Assembly (NCBI GenBank): GCA_003858585.1
Contig: RQZE01000002.1
Location: 1-32,000 of the forward strand
Length of the DNA stretch: 32,000 bases
Direction: 5' to 3'
Source: Erysipelotrichaceae bacterium OH741_COT-311
GTDB taxonomy: Bacteria > Bacillota_I > Bacilli_A > Erysipelotrichales > Erysipelotrichaceae
Under the pieces are notes generated by a model that worked only from the letters and a program-made list of their open reading frames with translations, was not told where the DNA came from and ran no database searches. Of the stretch, positions 16,101 to 23,678 are shown one piece after another (the first letter of the stretch is position 1; each line of letters begins with the position of its first letter). A program made the position numbers and the translations under genes.

Positions 16101-19068
16101 AGATTATCGTCACAGAACAATGATTTTAAATGGTAAAGTGATTGCGGAAGGAGCTCCTTCTTCAGGAGCACGTAACAACCAACAAATTCAAAATAAAGAG
16201 GAATTGGGAACTGAAAAATACTTAATTCCTTGGAATTGGGATCGTGTAGATGGTCAATTGGTTGAAGATAAAAATGAAAAATTATATCACTGGAATACAC
16301 GAGGTGGAGAATCTCAATGGGAACTTCCGGAAAGCTGGAAATCGGTAAGCAAAGTAAAACTTTATAAATTAACTTCACTTGGTAAAGAATTTGTCAAAGA
16401 TGTTGCAGTAAACAATGGTTTAGTCATCTTGGATGCGGAATCTGAAGTTCCTTATGTACTTTATAAAGAAGAACAAGGGCAATTGGAATTCCGTTGGAGT
16501 GAAGGGATGCATATTGTAGATGTCGGATTTAATAGTGGCAATTTAGATCATTGGAAGATTACCAACCCACAACACGCTTCGATTGCGAAAAGTCAACATA
16601 GTAATCCGATGTTGAAATTAAGCGGAGAAGCAACATTGATGCAAGAATTAACGGACTTAAAGCCAAATACACAATATGCCGTGTTGGTTGGTGTAGATAA
16701 TCGTAGTGATCAAGTGGCTAAGTTAAGTGTTTTTGTTGATGGGAAAGAAGTAAATTCTAATTACACAACACGTTCTATCGCGAAAAACTATGTTAAGGCT
16801 TATACTCATAGTACAAATAGTGCAACGGTTGATGGTACAAGTTATTTCCAAAATATGTATGTTTACTTTACAACAGATGCAAGCGGGAAAGCGACATTGC
16901 AATTGAGTCGTGCAGCCGGGGATGGCGATACATATTTTGATGATATTCGTATTGTTGAAAATGAAGCTAAGAATATTGAGTACAATGAACAAGGGGAAAT
17001 TGTGAAATTTACACAAGACTTTGAGCATAATGTACAGGGAATTTATCCGTTTGTAATAGGTTCAATCGAAAATGTTGAAGACAATCGTATCCACTTATCG
17101 GAATTACATGCTCCATACACACAAGCCGGTTGGGATGTAAAAGAGATGGATGATGTATTAGATGGTAATTGGTCTGTAAAAGTAAATGGATTAACAGGAC
17201 GTTCACGATTAGCGTTCCAAACAATTCCTCAAACATTCCGCTTTGAAGCAGGCGAAAAATATCGTGTAACTTTTGATTATCAAGCAGGTAGTGATAATAC
17301 ATATGCTGTAATAGTAGGTAGCGGTGAATTCAGTCAAGCTAAAAAGATTTATCCATTACAAACGCATATGGGAAAAGATCAAGATGGTAAATTTGAAATT
17401 GAAATCATCGGGGATGAAACCGGTCAAACATGGTTTGGTATTTATTCTACAAATGTAAGAGAAAATATTCGTGGGTTAAATCCACGTTATGATGGAAATC
17501 GCATTAATTTTAGTGGTTATAAAGATTTAGTTATTGATAACGTTGTAATTGAACGTATGGATGAAGTTGTTGATGAACAAAAACTAAGAGAGTTATTAGC
17601 TTCACCGGAAGTAATGAATCAAGATCCTTCGTTGTATGATCGTGCGTTGTATAAAAAATTTGAAGATGCACGTGATTATGCACGTTTATTATTGGAAAAA
17701 GATGTAAAAAATCCGGAAGCATATAAAAAAGCATATAACACATTAGTGGCGTTATTGTTAAGAATGGAAACAGAGCGTCAGGATATTGACAGCAACCCTG
17801 CTAACGATATTCCGTTAAGTAAAATTACAGCAACCGCCGGTAATGAAGAAAAAAGTAGTGTAGCACAGTCCTATAAGGAAGGTGTCATTAAATTTGCTTT
17901 TGATAATGATACATCAAGTAAATGGCATACAAACTGGACAGCTAGTGACATTTCTACGCATTGGGTAAATATGCACTTAAGTGAACCGACACTTGTAAAT
18001 GGAGTAAGGGTTTTACAACGTGTAGATCAAAGTAGAAATGGACGTATTTTAAAAGCCAAGGTTTTAGTGAAAACGGATGGTGATGGGGATTATGTGGAAT
18101 ATGGACCATTTATTTTGAAAGAACGTGGATGGACATTATTACCTCTTCCAGAAATTGAACATGTTGTTGATGTGAAATTGGTTCCGGTAGAAACAAGTGG
18201 TGAACGTGCACAAAATCAATATTCTTCTGCAGCCGAAATTCGTTTAACAACTTATCAAGAAATACAATTAGATCCGGTGGACAAAACGGCATTGAATACT
18301 AAAATTGCACAAGCAAGTCGTTTAGAAGAATGGAAAGAATTGTATAGTGAAGAAAGTTATCAATATCTTGAAGCAAAAATTGCTAAGGCACAAGAAGTTT
18401 CTCTAGCAAGTGATGCAAAGAAATTTGATGTATTACTTGCGTTAGTAAATCTTGAAGATGGATTGAAACAATTGAAGAAAAAACCACTTAGAATTCAAGG
18501 GAACACAGTGAATTTAAGTGATGTTTATAGTATTAAGAGTGTTTTAGTGGATGATGCTTTGTTGCGTGATATTAAAGCTGCATTATCATCAGAAATTGAA
18601 GTCTATGATATTGAAGTATTAAAAGCCGGTGTTAAGGTAGATGTAGTTGATACAGAGGTTACAGTGACCGTTAAGAAGAATAAAGAAGGTACTGTTACTG
18701 CAGTTCGTTATATCAATCCGCTAGGACAGGTAGAGGATGGAAATTATCCGATTATATCGCAAGATGCGCAAAGCGTTACATTTACAACGACGCATCTATC
18801 AATGTATGCCCTTGTATATCGAAAGGCTCCGTTAAAGCCGAATGCTCCTTCTGTAAGCTCACAAGTAGAAAAGAAACCGGGACAATGTGAACAAGAAGGT
18901 AAAGTTTGGAGCGAAAAAGAAAAGATGTGTGTTATAAAGGATGCGGTAATGCAAACAACATCTATTCCAAAGACAGGGGATACTACAAATACGACATTCT
19001 ATGTAGTGATTGGTGTATTGTCATTATTAGCTGTTGTGTTTGTATTGAAAAAGAAGTATCAAAAATAA
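13108..19068 (+). CDS. Cell-wall-anchored endo-alpha-N-acetylgalactosaminidase (GH101 O-glycanase) with accessory carbohydrate-binding modules
   Basis: 1986 aa. Signal peptide [31 protein letters not shown], then an acidic T/E-rich linker. Long GH101-type core: [64 protein letters not shown]...TTEWGS. The Asp in VDIW and the Glu in TEW are 32 residues apart, matching the D764/E796 spacing I recall for pneumococcal GH101. F5/8-type-C (CBM32-like) module: [15 protein letters not shown]. FIVAR-like helical repeat. C-terminal sorting signal IPKTGD + [17 protein letters not shown] + KKKYQK. Confidence 0.9.
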   Translation: [1986 protein letters not shown]

Positions 19069-19071
19069 AAT

Positions 19072-19105
19072 AAAAAAGTAGCAGAAATATCTCTGTTACT
19101 TTTTT
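19072..19105 (+). terminator. Rho-independent terminator after the GH101 gene
   Basis: AGTAGCAGA (19077-19085) / TCTGTTACT (19092-19100) form 9 bp with one G-U, loop AATATC. An A-run lies upstream and a T-run downstream. Confidence 0.7.
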
Positions 19106-19106
19106 G

Positions 19107-19153
19107 TTGACAAAAAGTTAGGTAAGTGTAACAATATAGTAAGGTTAACCTAA
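19107..19153 (+). promoter_or_regulatory. Promoter (TTGACA -35) with overlapping DtxR/TroR-type operator candidate
   Basis: TTGACA at 19107-19112; possible -10 TAACAA(T) at 19129-19135 with 16-nt spacing. TTAGGT (19118-19123) and ACCTAA (19148-19153) are inverted. AGGTTAACCT (19142-19151) is a perfect 10-bp palindrome resembling the TTAGGTTAGCCTAACCTAA DtxR/IdeR-type box. It lies between the promoter and the SD of the metal uptake operon. Confidence 0.5.
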
Positions 19154-19165
19154 CAGGAGAAAGAT

Positions 19166-20116
19166 ATGAAGAAAATTATTATTACGTTATTAGCAGCACT
19201 TTTTTTAGTTGGTTGTACTAGTAAGGTGAGTGAAAGTACAACTGCTTCTACATCAACGGAATCACAAGCACAAGAAAAGAAGCCTGTAGTCGTTGTTACA
19301 ACAAGTTTTTTAGAAGATATTGTAAATGTATTAGCACAAGAGTTAGTAGAAATAGAAGTAATTATTCCTGCTAATGAAGATCCACACACATATGAGGCAA
19401 AGCCTGAAGATTTCAATAAGCTTGATAAAGCAGATTTAATTTTATATCACGGTTTACACTTTGAAGGTAAGATTGTTGAATTTTTAGAAGCTAAAAATGG
19501 TGTAGATTTAACAGCTAATTTTGATAAAGCAAGCCTATTAGTTATGGAAGAAGATGGACATGAAATCGTAGATCCACATTTCTGGTTCGATATCGAATTA
19601 TATAAAAAAGCAACAACAAATGCTTATGAAGCACTAAAAACATTGTTGCCTGAGCATGAAGAAGTATTAAAAACAAATTTAGAAGCATATAGTGTAAAAT
19701 TAGATGAATTAAAAGAATATGGAATTCAACAAATCGGTTCTATCGAAAAGAGTCAACGTATTTTAATTACTCCACACGATGCATTTGGTTATTTTTCTCG
19801 TCAATATGATATTCAAGTAGCGGCTCCACAAGGAGTAAGTACAGATGCAGAATTATCAATTGAAGATTTAACAAAAACTGCAGATTTTATTGTAGAACAT
19901 CAAGTAAAAGCAATTTTTGCTGAAACAACAACAGATCCTGCTCGTATGGAAAAATTAAAAGAGTCTTGCAAAGCGAAGGGCTTTGAGGTTAAAGTAGTAT
20001 CAGGAGAACATCAAGAATTATATAGTGATTCTTTAGCACCAAAAGGTGTATTTGGAGATAACTATATTGATATGGTAAAACATAATATTGATTTAATGGT
20101 GACAAACTTAAAATAG
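19166..20116 (+). CDS. Metal (Mn/Zn/Fe) ABC transporter substrate-binding lipoprotein, cluster A-I (TroA/PsaA/ZnuA family)
   Basis: 316 aa. Lipobox LFLVGC|TS. Metal-ligand contexts EDPHTYE, DPHFWFD, TPHDAFGYF, AETTTDP (3 His + Asp, TroA-like). No His-rich ZnuA loop. Confidence 0.85.
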   Translation: MKKIIITLLAALFLVGCTSKVSESTTASTSTESQAQEKKPVVVVTTSFLEDIVNVLAQELVEIEVIIPANEDPHTYEAKPEDFNKLDKADLILYHGLHFEGKIVEFLEAKNGVDLTANFDKASLLVMEEDGHEIVDPHFWFDIELYKKATTNAYEALKTLLPEHEEVLKTNLEAYSVKLDELKEYGIQQIGSIEKSQRILITPHDAFGYFSRQYDIQVAAPQGVSTDAELSIEDLTKTADFIVEHQVKAIFAETTTDPARMEKLKESCKAKGFEVKVVSGEHQELYSDSLAPKGVFGDNYIDMVKHNIDLMVTNLK

Positions 20117-20136
20117 TTGTTGCTAAGGAGGTAGTT

Positions 20137-20862
20137 ATGAGTGTTATACATGTAGAAGATTTAAGCGTTAGTTATGGAGATAAGCCTGTTTTATGGGATA
20201 TTGATGTTGATGTAATGGACAATAGTGTTACAGCTATCATTGGACCAAATGGGGCAGGTAAGTCTACATTACTGAAAAGTATATTGGGATTTATTAAGCC
20301 GTTATCTGGTTGTATAACACTTTTTGACTTGCCTGTAAGCAAACAGTTAAGTAAGATTGCTTATGTACCTCAACATAATAGTGTTAATTGGCAATTTCCA
20401 ATTACAGTGTTTGAAGTTGTGTTGATGGGACGTTATCAAAATTTAGGTCCTTTTAAAAAGGTTAGTAAGGAAGAAAAAGAAAAAGCTTTGGATGCTTTAA
20501 GACAAATGAACTTATTGGATTTAAAGGATCGTCATATCATGCAGCTAAGTGGTGGACAAAAACAGCGTGTTTTTATTGCTCGATGTTTAGTACAAGATGC
20601 AGATATCTTAATTATGGATGAGCCATTAGCTGGTGTTGATAAAGTCAGTGAAAAGATTATTATGGACAAAGTAAAACAGTTGCAAAAAGAAGGGAAGACA
20701 ATTATTTGCGTACATCATGATTTAAATACAGTTGAAAAATATTTTGATCATGTCATTCTTATTAATCGATACATCGCTATACATGGAACATTAAACGAAG
20801 TCTTTACAAAAGAAAATATAAATAAGGTATTTGAGATCAATGAAGATTCTTTTATCGTATGA
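20137..20862 (+). CDS. Metal ABC transporter ATP-binding protein
   Basis: Walker A GPNGAGKST, signature LSGGQKQR, Walker B ILIMDEP, H-loop VHHD. SD AAGGAGG precedes the ATG. Confidence 0.9.
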   Translation: MSVIHVEDLSVSYGDKPVLWDIDVDVMDNSVTAIIGPNGAGKSTLLKSILGFIKPLSGCITLFDLPVSKQLSKIAYVPQHNSVNWQFPITVFEVVLMGRYQNLGPFKKVSKEEKEKALDALRQMNLLDLKDRHIMQLSGGQKQRVFIARCLVQDADILIMDEPLAGVDKVSEKIIMDKVKQLQKEGKTIICVHHDLNTVEKYFDHVILINRYIAIHGTLNEVFTKENINKVFEINEDSFIV

Positions 20863-21697
20863 TTTCCTTGTTGTTTTAGCGGGTGTTTTACTTTTAGCGA
20901 TTGTATCAAGTATTGTTGGCTGTTTTAGTGTTTATAAAGGACAAAGTTTAGTAGGGGATGCGATTGGGCATGCAACTTATCCCGGTGTGTGTTTAGCGTT
21001 TATTTTGACGCAGAGTCGTAATCCGTTTTTCCTATTGATTGGTGTTTTTATTAGTGGTATTTTAGCGTATTTTACCATTAACTTAATTACAACAAATAAA
21101 AGAATTACAATGGATGCTGCTTTGGCAATTGTGTTAAGTGGCTTTTTTGGCTTGGGTTTGATGTTAAAGACATATATTCAAGGAAGTGAAATCTTAAAGA
21201 AGGTAACTTCAGCCGGTTTAAAGAATTATGTATTTGGGCTGGCGGCATTTATTCGTAAGGAAGATGTATATATTATTTTAGGAGTTTCTATTGTAATTTT
21301 ATTATTATTGGTTTTATTTTATCGACAAATTAAAATGGTTATTTTTGATCAAGATTATGCGTTTACATCGGGTGTTAACACTCGTTTGGTCAATCTTGTT
21401 TTATTGGTGATGATGGTGCTTATTATTACGATAGGATTAAAGACAATTGGAGCTATTTTGATTTCTTCTTTTTTAACACTACCGTGTTTATTAGCAAATC
21501 AACATAGTAAGAAGTTGTCTCATGTCTTATTCATTGCGAGTACTTCTTCTGCTCTTTCAACGTTTATTGGTGTGTATTTAAGCGCAACAAACAGTGGACT
21601 TTCAACAGGACCGACTATTATTGTTGTATTAGCCTTTATGTGTTTGTTATCTATGGTGTTTGGTAAGTATGGATTGAGAGGTAGAAAACATGCGTGA
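20840..21697 (+). CDS. Metal ABC transporter permease (TroC/MntC-like)
   Basis: Polytopic ABC-3 family style (DAIGHATYPGV..., FDQDYAFTSG). The track ORF begins at TTG 20831. I prefer ATG 20840 (MKILLSYDF...). Either start overlaps the end of the ATPase gene. Confidence 0.8.
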   Translation: MKILLSYDFLVVLAGVLLLAIVSSIVGCFSVYKGQSLVGDAIGHATYPGVCLAFILTQSRNPFFLLIGVFISGILAYFTINLITTNKRITMDAALAIVLSGFFGLGLMLKTYIQGSEILKKVTSAGLKNYVFGLAAFIRKEDVYIILGVSIVILLLLVLFYRQIKMVIFDQDYAFTSGVNTRLVNLVLLVMMVLIITIGLKTIGAILISSFLTLPCLLANQHSKKLSHVLFIASTSSALSTFIGVYLSATNSGLSTGPTIIVVLAFMCLLSMVFGKYGLRGRKHA

Positions 21698-22796
21698 GGT
21701 CTTAATGGTATTGGTTATGGCATCTTTAGCCACCGGGATTTTAGCTCCGTTTTTAGTTTTGAGAAATTTATCAATGACCATTGATGCACTAAGTCACTCG
21801 ATTTTATTAGGTATTGTTTTGGCTTTTATGTTAATAGGTGAATTTAATACCGTTTTATTAATAGCGGGAGCTAGCATTTTTGGGCTATTTACAGTTTGGC
21901 TTACTGAATTGTTGGCAAATAAAAAGTTAGTGAGCAAAGATCAAGCCTTAGCGGTTGTCTTTCCGTTATTCTTTTCTATTGCAGTTATTATTATTACGAA
22001 GTTTTTAAAGAATGCCCACATTGATGTGGATATTGTCTTAATGGGGAATGCTTTATTTACACCGTTTATTCGTATGTTTCATTTGCCAAAATCCTTTGTG
22101 TTACTAGCAATGATGTTTGTAGTAAATGTTATTTATATAGCTGTTTTCTATCGACCACTTAAAATAGCTATTTTTGATGAAGATTATGCTAAATTGCAGG
22201 GGATTAAAAGTAAAGGCATCTTTAACGGGTTAATGGTTCTTACCGCTATGACCACTGTGATTGCTTTTGATAGTGTTGGGGCAATTTTGGTTATTTGCTA
22301 TTTTGTTACACCTGTATGTATTGCTTTAATGATTACTAAAACATTAAAGTCATTGCTGTTTTTTACACTGTTATTTAGTGTTGTTGGTAGTGTGTTGGGT
22401 TTTTATATCGGCATTACGTATAATGTTTCTTTATCAGGTAGTTTAGCGTTTGTTTTAATGATGATGTTGATTTTGATGTTAATTATTAATCCGCAAGGAT
22501 TGTTGGCTCATCAATATCGTAAGTATCAACATTTAAAAGAGTTGAATCTAAATTTATTATTAATGCATTTGTATAAACATCAAGATAATACAAAAGAATT
22601 GGGTTATCAAACCATTCATACGCATTTGAATTGGACAACTAAGAAATTTCAAATCTATTTAAAACAAGCTTATGATCGTAATTATGTTGAAAACGATGAC
22701 GAGCGTTCCATCTATCAATTGACAGATCAAGGATTTTTGCGTATAAAAGAAGTAATGGGTAGTGGATATGACAAAAAATCAAGAAGATTACATTAA
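21690..22796 (+). CDS. Metal ABC transporter permease (TroD-like) with about 90-aa C-terminal cytoplasmic winged-helix-like extension
   Basis: 368 aa versus 288 aa for the paralogous upstream permease. ABC-3 core (DALSHSILLGIV, FDEDYAKLQG). The tail ...LNLLLMHLYKHQDNTKELGYQTIHTHLNWTTKKFQIYLKQAYDRNYVENDDERSIYQLTDQGFLRIKEV lines up by eye with the N-terminal DNA-binding domain of the adjacent DtxR-family regulator. ATG overlaps the previous stop (ATGCGTGA). Confidence 0.85.
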   Translation: MREVLMVLVMASLATGILAPFLVLRNLSMTIDALSHSILLGIVLAFMLIGEFNTVLLIAGASIFGLFTVWLTELLANKKLVSKDQALAVVFPLFFSIAVIIITKFLKNAHIDVDIVLMGNALFTPFIRMFHLPKSFVLLAMMFVVNVIYIAVFYRPLKIAIFDEDYAKLQGIKSKGIFNGLMVLTAMTTVIAFDSVGAILVICYFVTPVCIALMITKTLKSLLFFTLLFSVVGSVLGFYIGITYNVSLSGSLAFVLMMMLILMLIINPQGLLAHQYRKYQHLKELNLNLLLMHLYKHQDNTKELGYQTIHTHLNWTTKKFQIYLKQAYDRNYVENDDERSIYQLTDQGFLRIKEVMGSGYDKKSRRLH

Positions 22797-23400
22797 ATTA
22801 ATACATGAGCTTTACTTAAAGCATGGTAAAGTAACAAATAAAATGATTTCCGAACATTTCAACATCAAAGCAAGCTCAGTGAGTGAAATGCTGAGAAAAT
22901 TAAAGAAAGAAGGTTTCATTGATGTGGTAGACAATGAAATCTTTTTGACTCAGGAAGGCTTGGTGTTAAGTAAAGACTTAATTTCAAAACATCGTTTATG
23001 GGAATTCTTTTTAGTAAAGCACTTAGGTTTTTCTTGGCAAGAAGTCCATGAACAAGCAGAACTATTAGAACATGCGACAACACCGTTATTAAAAGAACGC
23101 TTAAACGAATTTTTGAGTCATCCTAAAACATGCCCGCATGGAGCGATTATTTATGAAAATGCCAATGAAATTACCTATGTAGCATTAAGTAGTAAATCAA
23201 TCAAAGAAAAGCTTACTATTGTGGCAGTCAGTGATGAAGAAGAAATTCTAGATTTTATGGATCAACAGGATTTACACTTACAAGATACTTTAGAAATCAT
23301 AGATATTAATCGCAATGAAGATATCTACATCATTGTCACAAAGGGGAAAGAAATACAAGTGCCAACATCAATAGCTCGTTTGATTTATGTAGAATCATAA
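22768..23400 (+). CDS. DtxR/MntR/TroR-family metal-dependent transcriptional repressor
   Basis: MTKNQEDYIKLIHELYLKHGKVTNKMISEHFNIKASSVSEMLRKLKKEGFI...SKHRLWEFFLVKHLG...HEQAELLEHA...CPHG is a classic DtxR-type wHTH, dimerisation and metal-site pattern, plus a C-terminal FeoA/SH3-like part. Start placed at ATG 22768; the track uses GTG 22762. Confidence 0.9.
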   Translation: MTKNQEDYIKLIHELYLKHGKVTNKMISEHFNIKASSVSEMLRKLKKEGFIDVVDNEIFLTQEGLVLSKDLISKHRLWEFFLVKHLGFSWQEVHEQAELLEHATTPLLKERLNEFLSHPKTCPHGAIIYENANEITYVALSSKSIKEKLTIVAVSDEEEILDFMDQQDLHLQDTLEIIDINRNEDIYIIVTKGKEIQVPTSIARLIYVES

Positions 23401-23626
23401 CGAGTTTTTTTGTGTTTGATACGGTAAAAACGTGTTCTTCCCTTTAAACATATTTTCCAATGTTTGTAATAGCGTTTTGGATATGTCTTACATTCAAATT
23501 AGTTTTCTTATTTTAGTGAGTGAACGTTCAAAATAATTTGGAATCGAAAAAGTGATATCAAGTATGAAAGTTGTAGATGGAACGAGTAGATTATTCCTAT
23601 TATTTGAAATTGTTTTTGGATATGAT

Positions 23627-23644
23627 AAAATCTACGTAGATTTT
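23627..23644. promoter_or_regulatory. 18-bp perfect palindrome AAAATCTACGTAGATTTT overlapping the predicted nuclease-gene promoter
   Basis: AAAATCTAC / GTAGATTTT is exactly self-complementary. It starts inside a candidate extended -10 TGaTAAAAT (23623-23631) and ends 35 nt upstream of ATG 23679. Confidence 0.5.
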
Positions 23645-23678
23645 ACTTTTAAAATGTTAAAAATAAAGGTGTAAATAT

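Noticed and set aside
14863-18292. Several 60-150-aa minus-strand ORFs inside the GH101 gene (14863-15108, 15026-15298, 15359-15625, 15920-16378, 16723-17028, 17009-17302, 17531-17743, 18110-18292)
   Set aside because: They are fully embedded antisense to a strongly supported 1986-aa CDS. Their composition is low-complexity and H/L/C-rich, they lack SDs, and such ORFs are typical antisense artefacts.
23564-23674. 36-aa ORF (MKVVDGTSRLFLLFEIVFGYDKIYVDFTFKMLKIKV) upstream of the nuclease gene, considered as a possible controller protein
   Set aside because: It has no SD and no helix-turn-helix character. It spans the palindrome and promoter region, so it is most likely non-coding.
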